Made by a program: the position numbers and the translations under genes. This document shows positions 18,470 through 27,481 of a stretch of DNA of 47,135 nucleotides, piece after piece. Within the stretch, counting starts at the first letter, position 1, and every line of letters starts with the position of its first letter. Under the pieces are notes generated by a model, which did not search any database, was not told where the DNA came from, and saw nothing but the letters and a program-made list of their open reading frames with translations. Source of the stretch: Pseudomonadota bacterium (lineage in GTDB: Bacteria > Pseudomonadota > Alphaproteobacteria > Rhodobacterales > Rhodobacteraceae); assembly GCA_039195015.1 (NCBI GenBank), contig JBCCVT010000001.1:1-47135 (forward strand), written 5' to 3'.

Positions 18470-19246
18470 ATGGCTGAATTCGACACGATCCGGTCAACGG
18501 CAGGCGCGCGCGTTGCCCAGATCGACGAGGGCTTGCGCGCCCATATGAACAAAGTCTACGGGACGATGTCCGTAGGCATGTTGATCACGTTCCTTGCGGC
18601 CTGGGCCGTATCGGGACTGGCTGTGACCTCGGATCCGTCTGCGGCGGTCGCGCAATTGGGTGCCGACAAATACCTGACCTCGTTCGGCGCGACGATCTAC
18701 GCGTCGCCCCTTAAGTGGGTCATCATGTTTGCTCCGCTGGCGTTTGTCTTCGGGTTCGGAGCCGCCATAAACCGCCTGTCGGCCTCCGCCGCACAACTCG
18801 TGTTCTACACATTTGCGCTGGTTATGGGCCTGTCGATCAGTTGGATCTTTATCCAGTTTACCGGTGAGTCGATCGCGCAGACCTTCCTGATCACAGCAAT
18901 CGCTTTTGCCGGCCTGTCGCTTTATGGCTACACGACCAAAAAGGACCTGTCGGGCTTCGGCACGTTTCTGATCATGGGTGTGATCGGATTGATCGTGGCG
19001 TCGATCGTGAACATCTTTCTGGCCTCGTCGGCCATGGCATTTGCGATCTCGGTGCTCGGCGTGCTGATCTTTGCGGGTCTTACGGCGTATGACACGCAAA
19101 ACATCAAAAACACCTATTTGCAAATGGCCCATTCAGGTGATCAGGAGTGGTTAGGCAAAGCGGCCATCATGGGCGCTCTGAGCCTCTACTTGGACTTCAT
19201 CAACATGTTCATGTTCCTGCTGCAATTCCTGGGCAACCGCGAATAA
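18470..19246 (+). CDS. Bax inhibitor-1/YccA family membrane protein
   Basis: The 258-aa product has seven hydrophobic helices, ...RAHMNKVYGTMSVGMLITF..., and a C-terminal ...GALSLYLDFINMFMFLLQFLG typical of the BI-1 family. Confidence 0.85.
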   Translation: MAEFDTIRSTAGARVAQIDEGLRAHMNKVYGTMSVGMLITFLAAWAVSGLAVTSDPSAAVAQLGADKYLTSFGATIYASPLKWVIMFAPLAFVFGFGAAINRLSASAAQLVFYTFALVMGLSISWIFIQFTGESIAQTFLITAIAFAGLSLYGYTTKKDLSGFGTFLIMGVIGLIVASIVNIFLASSAMAFAISVLGVLIFAGLTAYDTQNIKNTYLQMAHSGDQEWLGKAAIMGALSLYLDFINMFMFLLQFLGNRE

Positions 19247-19270
19247 GCGCTACCGCAGGACCGTTAGGAT

Positions 19271-19299
19271 GGGCCGCCCTGTTGGGCGGCCTTTTTCTT
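19271..19299 (+). terminator. Rho-independent terminator of the BI-1 gene
   Basis: gggccgccc tgtt gggcggcc is followed by tttttctt, 25 nt after the stop codon. Confidence 0.7.
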
Positions 19300-19367
19300 G
19301 TCGAGGTCCCGCACAGCCCAGGCGGTCACGCGGGCAAGAGATCTCGATCTTTGCCATCTCGACCCCG

Positions 19368-19850
19368 TTAAAGCACCTGCCGCATACGTTTGGAGGCGAA
19401 CGAGATGCCATTGGTCAGCGGCACATCGATGTCGCCCACGGTTTTGAAGCCCACTGCCGCATAGAAAGCTTCGGCCGTATAGGTCGACCAGCACTCCATC
19501 CGCCGGATCCCGGCCGCGCGCGCCGTGGTCAGGGTGTGGCCCAGTATGGCGCGCGCGACGCCCTGGCGCAGTGCGCGGTGATCGGTCACCACATGTCGGA
19601 TATGGCCAAGCCATTTGTCCTGCCGGTCCCGCGTCCATCCTCCGGCCCCAACGATGCGACCGTCCAGTTCCGCTACATAGTACGTGCCACATGAGAGAAG
19701 CTCGGGCCGGGCGCGGCTGATGATCGGCAGCGCGGTGACCAGAACCGAGGGCGGGTAATCCGCCTTGAGCAACTTGGGGTAGGAGAGCGCCAAAATGGCG
19801 TCGACCGCAGCCAGATCGGCCGGCGTCGACGGTCGGACAGACACCGTCAT
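19368..19850 (-). CDS. GNAT family N-acetyltransferase
   Basis: The 160-aa product contains ...RHVVTDHRALRQGVARAILGHTLTTARAAG..., the acetyl-CoA binding motif A region. It has a 4-nt overlap with the upstream gene. Confidence 0.8.
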   Translation of the reverse strand: MTVSVRPSTPADLAAVDAILALSYPKLLKADYPPSVLVTALPIISRARPELLSCGTYYVAELDGRIVGAGGWTRDRQDKWLGHIRHVVTDHRALRQGVARAILGHTLTTARAAGIRRMECWSTYTAEAFYAAVGFKTVGDIDVPLTNGISFASKRMRQVL

Positions 19851-20374
19851 GGCCGGAGCAACTCGAGCTGATCGAGATAACCGCGCACCGCTGCTGGGCT
19901 GCGCAGGTGGACGATCTCAAGTTCCCGCCGTGCCCCGGCAATCAAGTTCTCGATCCTCCGACGACTGCTCTGCCTTGTGCGCCAGATGAAACGGTAGAAG
20001 TCGAGTGTTTCCGAATGGAACCCCTCGCGGCAGCCCTCCGCCATGTCCGGCCGTTCCTGCCCGGCATAGAGGATCGACCGCTTGGTCACCCGCCAGAGCC
20101 GCAAGCCCACCGGAAGATCCAGCCAGATCATGGTATCGGCGCACGCGACACGATGATCGTAGGTTGCCGAAAGGCCGCCTTCAAAGATCCACGCGTCGCG
20201 TGCCTCGATCTCAAGCGCCATAGGGCGTTTTTCCTCAAGTGTGCGTGCCTCCCAACCCGCTTTCCAATGCAGATGATCCATGTGGTACACCGGCAGCCCC
20301 GTCAGGTCACCAAGCGCCCGCGCCAGCGTGCTTTTGCCCGAACCGGGACCGCCCACTATCATCACACGTCTCAT
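19847..20374 (-). CDS. P-loop NTPase, adenylate-kinase/topology-modulation (FlaR)-like
   Basis: From ATG 20374 the product reads MRRVMIVGGPGSGKSTLARALG (Walker A). The longer track ORF (to 20479) would run through the rpmG terminator and into rpmG. Confidence 0.7.
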   Translation of the reverse strand: MRRVMIVGGPGSGKSTLARALGDLTGLPVYHMDHLHWKAGWEARTLEEKRPMALEIEARDAWIFEGGLSATYDHRVACADTMIWLDLPVGLRLWRVTKRSILYAGQERPDMAEGCREGFHSETLDFYRFIWRTRQSSRRRIENLIAGARRELEIVHLRSPAAVRGYLDQLELLRP

Positions 20375-20394
20375 GAAATCTACTCTCGCCACGA

Positions 20395-20422
20395 AAAAGG
20401 GCCACGCTTTCGCATGGCCCTG
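20395..20422 (-). terminator. Rho-independent terminator of rpmG
   Basis: The minus strand reads AGGGCCA-tgcgaaagcg-TGGCCCT followed by TTTTT (plus-strand A-run 20395-20399), about 25 nt after the rpmG stop. Confidence 0.65.
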
Positions 20423-20447
20423 CATCGGTCTGCATCCGAATGGAAGG

Positions 20448-20615
20448 TTACTTGATCTTGCCTTCCTTGTACTCGACATGCTTGCGGGCCACGGGGTCGT
20501 ATTTCCGCACCACCATTTTTTCGGTCATGGTCCGTGCGTTTTTCTTGGTCACGTAGAAATGGCCCGTGCCTGCGGTCGAGTTCAGACGGATCTTGATTGT
20601 CGTCGGCTTCGCCAT
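20448..20615 (-). CDS. rpmG: 50S ribosomal protein L33
   Basis: It is absent from the ORF track because it is under 60 aa. The reverse complement translates to [55 protein letters not shown] plus stop. GGAGAG precedes the ATG. Confidence 0.9.
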   Translation of the reverse strand: MAKPTTIKIRLNSTAGTGHFYVTKKNARTMTEKMVVRKYDPVARKHVEYKEGKIK

Positions 20616-20833
20616 GATCTCTCTCCTGCATCGAAAGGCGGGGGCCTTTCGGTCAATTCCTTTGAACGCGCTCTCTTAACGGGATTCCTATCTGTGTCAA
20701 CCTCAGAAAGCGCCTATTTGGAGGATGGCACTCCAGCCGATCCAGGACTTAGCGACTGCCGTGGCTGTCGACCTCGAAGACCGGGATTGCGAAGTGCAGC
20801 AACGCCGATAGAGTGCGCTTGGAAGGAGGTTAG

Positions 20834-22378
20834 ATGTCAGACGCAGATGACGCATTTCGACGGGCCGAGGCCAAGGTTGCAACCTGCAACGACTCCCAAG
20901 TCACCCGCCTGGATCTGGACGGAGATCGTGGTTTTTCCGAGTTGCGCGAACTGCCCGCCTCCATCACGTCGCTGAGCGATCTTCGCGTACTGACGCTTAC
21001 GGGTACGCAGGTCGACGATCTTTCGCCGTTGGCGGGGCTCACGGAACTGCGTGAGGTATATCTGAGCAATACTGCGGTACAAGACATCTCACCGCTCAAG
21101 GATCTTGTTGCGCTGCGCCTGATATGGCTTGAAGGCACGCGTGTGACTGAATTGTCGCCGCTGCGTGGCATGTCGCGACTGCAGACCCTGGGCTTGCGCA
21201 AAACGCCCGTCCAGGATTTTGCACCGTTATCCGCGTTGAGCGCGTTGGTATCTCTTGGCCTAAGTCAAACCGCATTTTCGGACACGTCGGTATTGTCAGG
21301 GCTCGCTCAGCTTAAGCGGCTCTACCTCAAGGAAACCCGGGTCTCTGATCTGGCACCGTTGTCGATGCTGAAAGACCTGCGACGATTATCATTGGACCAA
21401 ACCTCGGCCAACAATCTGTCACAATTGGCCGAGCTCTCGCGGCTTGAACGGCTTTATTTGACCAACAGCCGTGTCATGGGGCTGTCGTTCATCCGCGGTC
21501 TGCAACGGCTTGAGCGGCTCTATCTTGCCTTCACAAATGTCACCGATTTGCGCCCCCTGGCGGACCTCACACAGCTAAGTTTTTTGGACATCACAGGTAT
21601 TGAAGCGGAAGATCTGACACCGCTGAGCTCAATACTGACGCTCTTGCAATCTCCGCGCGAGGGCGGCTTGGCCGGTTTGCGCTTTGCCGGTGCGGGTGCG
21701 GTGCGCCGCGACCGCGTTCTCAACGAAATCTCAAAGATCTCCAATGACGCCGAGCGGACAAGGCGGGTTTTGGACTATCTTCGGGAACGATCCGGCCTGC
21801 CCGCGATCGAACCGCGTCCCGTGACCACCAAGCAAGCATCAGGCATCTTCCTCAGAGATCGGGCACAGATTCTACTACGCACCGCTGCCTCTACGCATGT
21901 GACGACGACGGTGCTTGTGATGCAGATCGAAGGCGTGATCGCGGATTATTTGCAGGCGACGGGGCGAAACCAGCTGCCAGACGAGTTGAGCATCTTTGAT
22001 GATCTGCTAGCAGCGCTGCGAACGTTCGCGCAATCACCGGCGCTGTCTGAACCGGATCGCGACGACTCAATCGGCCAACTTGTCCAAAACCTAGCACGGC
22101 TGGAAGCGCAGGTGGCCGAGTTGGCAACAGCGCTGGCAGAAGCGATTGCACAGAACGAAGCAGACGCGGATCAAACAGAACGCGCCGCTTTCGAAACCAG
22201 CGAACGAACCTTTTCGACGGCATTTCTCAAAGAACTCGGTGCCGAAACTGCGGGCCTTGTAACGTGGACTTGCAAAATGGGTGTTCTGACCGGATGTGGA
22301 TACCTCTTAGGCTCCTCCCCGGCTGCCAGCGCGCTGGCGCGAGCACTGGAAGCTTCCATGCCTCATCTTTGGAGATAA
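20834..22378 (+). CDS. Leucine-rich repeat protein (about eleven 22-residue internalin-like repeats) with an uncharacterised alpha-helical C-terminal half
   Basis: Repeats of the form L..L..L.L..T.V.DLSPL run from about aa 40-285 (for example LTLTGTQVDDLSPLAGLTELREVYLSNTAVQDISPLKDL...). A very strong SD (GGAAGGAGG) is present and there is no N-terminal signal peptide. The C-terminal ~230 aa have no motif I recognise. Confidence 0.8.
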   Translation: MSDADDAFRRAEAKVATCNDSQVTRLDLDGDRGFSELRELPASITSLSDLRVLTLTGTQVDDLSPLAGLTELREVYLSNTAVQDISPLKDLVALRLIWLEGTRVTELSPLRGMSRLQTLGLRKTPVQDFAPLSALSALVSLGLSQTAFSDTSVLSGLAQLKRLYLKETRVSDLAPLSMLKDLRRLSLDQTSANNLSQLAELSRLERLYLTNSRVMGLSFIRGLQRLERLYLAFTNVTDLRPLADLTQLSFLDITGIEAEDLTPLSSILTLLQSPREGGLAGLRFAGAGAVRRDRVLNEISKISNDAERTRRVLDYLRERSGLPAIEPRPVTTKQASGIFLRDRAQILLRTAASTHVTTTVLVMQIEGVIADYLQATGRNQLPDELSIFDDLLAALRTFAQSPALSEPDRDDSIGQLVQNLARLEAQVAELATALAEAIAQNEADADQTERAAFETSERTFSTAFLKELGAETAGLVTWTCKMGVLTGCGYLLGSSPAASALARALEASMPHLWR

Positions 22379-22379
22379 A

Positions 22380-22767
22380 CGCGGAAAGCCTGTAAGCCGG
22401 ATTCTGTCCCGGGGTTACCCCCATGGATGACCATTCTTCTACGGCGCATGTCGCCATGTGCCTTTAGCTGCCAACCCGACCCCTCTTGGCTGAAGCGTAC
22501 CTAGCGGCGGTCTCCCGTTGCCGGGACCGGTCCCGCGCGGGGGTCCTATTTGGCATTGCTCCCGGTGGGGCTTGCCGTGCCGCCCCCGTTGCCAGCGGCG
22601 CGGTGGGCTCTTACCCCACCGTTTCACCCTTACCCGCATGTGCGGGCGGTTTCATCTCTGTGGCGCTTTCCATCGGGTTGCCCCGTCCGGGCGTTACCCG
22701 GCACCGTTGCTTCATGGAGTCCGGACTTTCCTCGGACCATCGGCCCGCGGCCATCCAGCCTTCCGCG
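22380..22767 (-). ncRNA. rnpB: RNase P RNA, bacterial type A
   Basis: The reverse complement contains GAGGAAAGTCCGGACTCC, GGTAACGCC, ACAGAGA, GGTAAGGGTGAAA, GGTAAGAGC, GCAATGCCAAATAGG and ACAGAATCCGGCTTACAG in the canonical order. The 5' cgcggaaggctg can pair with the 3' caggctttccgcg to form P1. Ends are good to about +/-5 nt. Confidence 0.9.
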
Positions 22768-22774
22768 CCGCGCG

Positions 22775-22803
22775 GAGTTAGGCGGTTCTTCCAACAAGGT
22801 CAA
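22775..22803 (-). promoter_or_regulatory. Candidate sigma-70 promoter of rnpB
   Basis: The minus strand reads TTGACC (22803-22798), a 17-nt spacer, then TAACTC (22780-22775). This sits about 7 nt upstream of the predicted P1 5' end. Confidence 0.4.
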
Positions 22804-22923
22804 GACCGGAGGGCCGCGGTTGCACGTCCGATCTTTGCGGATTGATCTCGTTTGATCTTGGCGAGGGGCCAGCCCCTCGCGCTCCCCGGAGTATTTGCAA
22901 AGAGAAGAAAGGTTGGTCGGTCT

Positions 22924-23628
22924 CTACGATGTATGTTTCTGCGACACCGCGGGGTTTGGAGGCCAAGCCCATTTGGTCGACAGTCCTAGCGGTGTGAAGT
23001 CGTGGGCAACTAACGGACCAGTGGCCCATGGGCGGAATCGCAAACGGACTGTCCGTAGCAATGCCAAGTCATCTACGGGCGCGGTGTAGCCGAAGTCGCG
23101 GGCAATGGCACGGAACTTCTCAGGAGTGGCGTCGCGTGGACCGGGATCCTGGCCGCGTCCGGCCGCCAACCCGAGGTGTTCGAGCCTCTGCCAATCGAAG
23201 CGCGGACCTGGATCAGATTTGCGTCCGGGCGCCATGTCGGAGTGCCCGATCACGCCAGTGGGTGCGATCTGCCATCTTTGCATGATCCGACGCAGGAGCT
23301 CTTCCAGGACCGACATCTGAGGTTCAGCAAACGGATGGTCACCGCGGTTGTCGAGTTCAATCCCGATTGATCGTGAATTGACATCCGCCCGCCCGTGCCA
23401 TTCGCCTGCACCGGCGTGCCAGGCGCGCGCGGCCTCGTCGACCAGATGCCAGACCTCGCCATCTGCACCGATCAGGTAATGTGCCGAAACCTCGGCCGTC
23501 GGATCACACAAGCGATCTCGCGCGGCCTCAGCCGATTGCATGGCCGTGTAGTGCAAGACGATCAGTTCTGGCCGCTGATTGTCGCGTCGCGGCCCGGAAT
23601 TCGGAGAGGGATGCCAAATCGGTGTCAG
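22924..23628 (-). CDS. N-acetylmuramoyl-L-alanine amidase (AmpD/amidase_2 family), start codon non-canonical or uncertain
   Basis: The track ORF starts at TTG 23556 (HYTAMQSAEAA...AHYLI...WHAG...IGIELDN...GHSD), but the same frame stays open upstream. That stretch encodes the conserved N-terminus LTPIWHPSPNSGPRRDNQRPELIVL. The 5' end was placed at CTG 23628-23626, which overlaps the upstream gene's stop. Confidence 0.75.
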   Translation of the reverse strand: MTPIWHPSPNSGPRRDNQRPELIVLHYTAMQSAEAARDRLCDPTAEVSAHYLIGADGEVWHLVDEAARAWHAGAGEWHGRADVNSRSIGIELDNRGDHPFAEPQMSVLEELLRRIMQRWQIAPTGVIGHSDMAPGRKSDPGPRFDWQRLEHLGLAAGRGQDPGPRDATPEKFRAIARDFGYTAPVDDLALLRTVRLRFRPWATGPLVAHDFTPLGLSTKWAWPPNPAVSQKHTS

Positions 23629-24422
23629 TTGCCGACCGCGGCCCGAAACGGCGCCGGATCCCAGTCACAGGCATAGCCGTCTCCGTCGGGGTCGAGGCCA
23701 AGGCGATCGCGGTTCGGCCCGCCGCGTTGCAGGAACGCGATCTGCGCCTGATCCGGCGATGGATAATTGGCGCAGGCTCGGATCGATTTTTGCGTCAGGT
23801 TCAAGCCGGTCCGGCTGTGGATACGCGTGCCGCGCGCATGGTTTGTCGACAAGGCATAGGCGACGATGTTCGGCGATGCGCTGCCATCACGTTCGGGCAA
23901 AGCCGTGGGCTGGACTTCCTGCCGCTGGGCAGAGGCTTGCGCCAGCCGTTCGGCATCGCTTTCGATCGACTGGCGGCCCGAGACAGCGTCAAAGTCGTTT
24001 TCGTCTGAAATCCCGGGGTTGCTGACCGGTTGTGGTGGAGGGTTCGTCGGGCTGGCCTGCAGCGGCTCGGTTCCCAGAACGGCGGCTGTGTCGGCCGCGA
24101 TATCCGCCGCATTGCCGGTTTGGGTCGGCGCGCCCAGATTGGTCGCCAAAGTCGCGTCGGAGGCGGCGATGGTTGTGCTGCCTGCCGTGGGCAGCGCGTT
24201 TTGCAGTTCGATCGACGGCGCAACGGGTGCAAGTGTCTCTTCCGAGATTGCTGATGGCGGAGGTAGAGGCGCGCCAGTTTGCAGGGCGGCCTCACGTGCG
24301 CGCTGCGCCTCAACGGAGTTGTCGAACCCTACCCCGGCCCCGCTGTCGGGCACGGTTGTACAGGCCGCCAAAGCCGCGACCAGAGCCAGCATCGAAATCA
24401 AAACGCCACGCATTGCTGCCAT
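23625..24422 (-). CDS. Lipoprotein with a low-complexity linker and a C-terminal Excalibur-like calcium-binding motif
   Basis: From ATG 24422 the product reads MAAMRGVLISMLALVAALAAC (lipobox). A P/A/T-rich middle follows, then C-terminal CANYPSPDQAQIAFLQRGGPNRDRLGLDPDGDGYACDWD (DxDxDGxxC-type). Confidence 0.65.
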   Translation of the reverse strand: MAAMRGVLISMLALVAALAACTTVPDSGAGVGFDNSVEAQRAREAALQTGAPLPPPSAISEETLAPVAPSIELQNALPTAGSTTIAASDATLATNLGAPTQTGNAADIAADTAAVLGTEPLQASPTNPPPQPVSNPGISDENDFDAVSGRQSIESDAERLAQASAQRQEVQPTALPERDGSASPNIVAYALSTNHARGTRIHSRTGLNLTQKSIRACANYPSPDQAQIAFLQRGGPNRDRLGLDPDGDGYACDWDPAPFRAAVGN

Positions 24423-24454
24423 CCTGCCGTTCTTGCTCTTGTTGGTCGCCAGAT

Positions 24455-25945
24455 CTACCACCATTTCGCCGGCTTGGCCACAAAGCCGGCCGCACGTTCG
24501 AGCGCGAAAGCAAGGTTCAGCAAGTCGCCTTCCTCCCATGGGCGGCCGATCAGCTGCAGCCCCAGCGGAAGACCGTGGGCGTCAAGGCCGGCCGGAACCG
24601 AAATCCCCGGAAGACCTGCGAGATTCACAGTGACCGTGAAGACGTCGTTGAGGTACATCTGAACCGGATCCGCATCGGACATTTCGCCCAGACCGAAGGC
24701 GGCTGAAGGTGTGGCGGGCGTGAGGATCCCGTCGATGCCCTGAGCAAAGACATCCTCAAAATCCTTCTTAATCAGCGCCCGCACCCGGCGCGCGCGATTG
24801 TAGTAGGCGTCGTAGAAACCGGCGCTGAGCACGTAGGTTCCGATCATCACACGGCGCTGCACCTCGGCACCAAAACCTTCGGCGCGGGTCTTTTCGTACA
24901 TTTCCGTGATGCCGTCGCCTTGGGCAAGTTGTGCCCGGTGGCCGTAGCGTACGCCGTCATAGCGCGCGAGATTTGAAGACGCCTCGGCCGGAGCAATGAC
25001 GTAATAGGCCGGCAACGCGTATTTGGTGTGCGGCAGCGATATGTCGACGATCTTGGCGCCCGCATCCTGCATCATCTCGCGCCCGGTCGCCCACAGCGTT
25101 TCGATTTCATCCGGCATGCCGTCCATGCGGTATTCCTTGGGAATGCCGATGGTCTTGCCCTTGATGTCTCCGGTCAGCATGGCTTCGAAATCCGGGACCG
25201 GAAGTTCGGCCGATGTGGAATCCTTGGGATCATGACCGGCCATTGCGCCCAACATGATCGCCGCGTCGCGTACCGATTTGGTCATTGGCCCGGCCTGATC
25301 GAGCGACGAGGCAAAGGCCACGATGCCCCAGCGCGAGCAGCGCCCGTAGGTCGGCTTGAGCCCGACGATGCCGGTGAAGGCCGCCGGTTGCCGGATCGAC
25401 CCGCCGGTATCCGTACCTGTGGCAGCCAGGCAAAGATCGGAAGAGACCGCCGAGGCGGATCCGCCGCTTGAGCCGCCAGGGGTCAGGGGCGTGTCGTCAT
25501 TGCCGCGTCGCCAGGGGCTGACCGCATCGCCATAGACAGAGGTTTCATTGCTCGACCCCATGGCGAACTCATCCATATTCAGCTTGCCCAGCATGACAGC
25601 ACCGTTATCCTTGAGCTGCTGGCTTATGGTGGATTCGTATTCTGGCCGGAAGCCTTCGAGGATACGGCTGGCGGCCTGGGTCGGCACGCCTTGGGTGCAG
25701 AAGAGGTCCTTGATGCCAATGGGCAGACCGCACATGGCGGGGGCCTCTTCGCTTCCTTTCAGTCGCTCATCGGCGACCCGGGCGCGATCACGCGCCAGAT
25801 CGGGCGTATTATGCACAAACGCGTTTAGCGCCCCGGCCTCATCGATGGCCGCAAGGCACGCGTCGGTGAGCTCAAGCGACGTGGTTTCGCCCTTGCGCAG
25901 CAGGTCGCGCGCCGCGGCGAGGCCCAGAGTGTTCAGCTCGGTCAT
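24455..25945 (-). CDS. gatA: Glutamyl/aspartyl-tRNA amidotransferase subunit A
   Basis: From ATG 25945 the product reads [23 protein letters not shown]..., with the amidase signature [12 protein letters not shown]. The gene sits directly after gatC. Confidence 0.9.
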   Translation of the reverse strand: MTELNTLGLAAARDLLRKGETTSLELTDACLAAIDEAGALNAFVHNTPDLARDRARVADERLKGSEEAPAMCGLPIGIKDLFCTQGVPTQAASRILEGFRPEYESTISQQLKDNGAVMLGKLNMDEFAMGSSNETSVYGDAVSPWRRGNDDTPLTPGGSSGGSASAVSSDLCLAATGTDTGGSIRQPAAFTGIVGLKPTYGRCSRWGIVAFASSLDQAGPMTKSVRDAAIMLGAMAGHDPKDSTSAELPVPDFEAMLTGDIKGKTIGIPKEYRMDGMPDEIETLWATGREMMQDAGAKIVDISLPHTKYALPAYYVIAPAEASSNLARYDGVRYGHRAQLAQGDGITEMYEKTRAEGFGAEVQRRVMIGTYVLSAGFYDAYYNRARRVRALIKKDFEDVFAQGIDGILTPATPSAAFGLGEMSDADPVQMYLNDVFTVTVNLAGLPGISVPAGLDAHGLPLGLQLIGRPWEEGDLLNLAFALERAAGFVAKPAKWW

Positions 25946-25946
25946 C

Positions 25947-26234
25947 TCATTCCACCACTTTTGGAACCGCGAAAAAGCCCTCGCGCGCGTCGGGCGCGTT
26001 GGACAGGACCTGCCCTTGCCGGTCGCCATCCGTAACCGTATCGACCCGCCGTTTCAGGCGCTGCGGTGTAACCGAGGTCATCGGATCGACCCCGTCGATA
26101 TCCACTTCGTTCAACTGTTCAATGAAGCCCAGGATAGTGTTGAATTCCGACGCAAGTGCCGGCAGCGCATCCTCTTCGACTTTGATCCGGGCCAGTTTCG
26201 CCACACGGGCGGCGGTGCTTTCGTCAATCGACAT
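25947..26234 (-). CDS. gatC: Glutamyl/aspartyl-tRNA amidotransferase subunit C
   Basis: The 95-aa product reads [52 protein letters not shown]... Confidence 0.9.
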   Translation of the reverse strand: MSIDESTAARVAKLARIKVEEDALPALASEFNTILGFIEQLNEVDIDGVDPMTSVTPQRLKRRVDTVTDGDRQGQVLSNAPDAREGFFAVPKVVE

Positions 26235-26371
26235 GGGCGAACCTCGTTTTCATCATCGCGCGTTTACCGCCACCCGCCCCGGCCCGCAAGGGCGGCAGGC
26301 TACCTTATGGGCTTGTTCAACCGGCCTGCGTCGCGGCAAGGTGTGACCGACAGGGTCAAGGGAGGCAGGCG

Positions 26372-26782
26372 ATGAAACTGTGGCTGCACCACATCAATGT
26401 GGTCTCGGACAATGTGCGCCGGTCCGAGCGTTTTTACCGCGACGTTCTGGGGCTTGGCGACGACGACCCCGCCAAACTGCCGGTTCAGGACAAGACCAAA
26501 GGCTATGCCGGCGATGTGGCCTTTGTCACCGATGGTCAGATCCAGCTGCATCTGGCGGAAAAGGATGTCGGCGCTGGTTTCCGGACCAACCAGATCGTGA
26601 ACCCGGTTTCGCACGGCCACATTGCCTATCGGACCGATGACCTTTCGGCGTTCAAGGCGCATCTGGAGAAACAGGGCATCCCTTACTCCGATTGGGGTCA
26701 GACCGCGACCGCCGACTGGCACCAGATCTTCTTTTATGATCCGGACGGCAACGTCATCGAAGTGCACGAGGTCCGCACCTAG
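26372..26782 (+). CDS. VOC (glyoxalase/bleomycin resistance/dioxygenase) family protein
   Basis: The 136-aa product reads LHHINVVSDNVRRSERFYRDVLGL...HIAYRTDDL...FFYDPDGNVIEV. Confidence 0.8.
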   Translation: MKLWLHHINVVSDNVRRSERFYRDVLGLGDDDPAKLPVQDKTKGYAGDVAFVTDGQIQLHLAEKDVGAGFRTNQIVNPVSHGHIAYRTDDLSAFKAHLEKQGIPYSDWGQTATADWHQIFFYDPDGNVIEVHEVRT

Positions 26783-27429
26783 CGTCCCGTCATAAGATGC
26801 CGGCGATAGACCTCGATCATCCAGCCCAGCATCACGCCGTTCAGAATATGCCACATGAAATGGGTGCCACGCGGGATCGCCTCGCATAGAACCTCATCAA
26901 GCGATCTGAACAGAATGGACACGATCAGGATGCCCGCTCCGATCGCCATGCCAGTTGCCGTTTGCGGCGCGCGTTGCAACAGCAGCACCGCGTAGATCAG
27001 GATCAACAGTGGCACCGGCGCATAGCCCACCGACCCGCCGAGACCGGGGATCAGGCCGAACACCGGGATCATCGCCGCCGCATACGGAAAGAAGAGGACG
27101 GTAAGGCCCAAAGCTGGCAAAGGACGCATCTGCCAGACATCGCGATTGATCGCGAAGATATAGACCAGAATGAAACCCACGATCGCCGCGACATCGATTG
27201 CCGCCGCCCAGACAGTCGCAAAGGTATGCAAAAGACTACTGCCGACACCGATACCAGCCAAGAACACAACAAGGGTCACCGCCAGAGGCATCCCCTGCCC
27301 CCGCACCCGGCGCCACATCACCCAGGCCGCCAGAAGAAATGCCAAGTTGGACACTGCGTTCAGGGGCTCGGCCCAGTGTTCAGGTCCAACCCGTTCGCAA
27401 TAGCCGTCGATTTGGCGCTGCCACTCCAT
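26779..27429 (-). CDS. Ceramidase-domain-like integral membrane protein
   Basis: The 216-aa product has about seven TM helices. Its N-terminal IDGYCERVGPEHWAEPLNAVSNLAFL and C-terminal FMWHILNG resemble the alkaline (phyto)ceramidase family pattern. The assignment is from memory of that pattern only. Confidence 0.5.
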   Translation of the reverse strand: MEWQRQIDGYCERVGPEHWAEPLNAVSNLAFLLAAWVMWRRVRGQGMPLAVTLVVFLAGIGVGSSLLHTFATVWAAAIDVAAIVGFILVYIFAINRDVWQMRPLPALGLTVLFFPYAAAMIPVFGLIPGLGGSVGYAPVPLLILIYAVLLLQRAPQTATGMAIGAGILIVSILFRSLDEVLCEAIPRGTHFMWHILNGVMLGWMIEVYRRHLMTGR

Positions 27430-27481
27430 GGATTTGTCAAAGCGTCATGCTAGGCTGGCGTCAATGACGAAGGAGGATTTC

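Noticed and set aside
20632-20651. Perfect 8-bp hairpin CGAAAGGC-gggg-GCCTTTCG in the rpmG leader
   Set aside because: It is real in the sequence, but it is too short and isolated to assign as a ribosomal-protein leader or regulatory element without comparative data.
22439-22855. Several 66-119 aa ORFs on both strands
   Set aside because: They fall inside the RNase P RNA gene, whose conserved sequence blocks explain the region fully.
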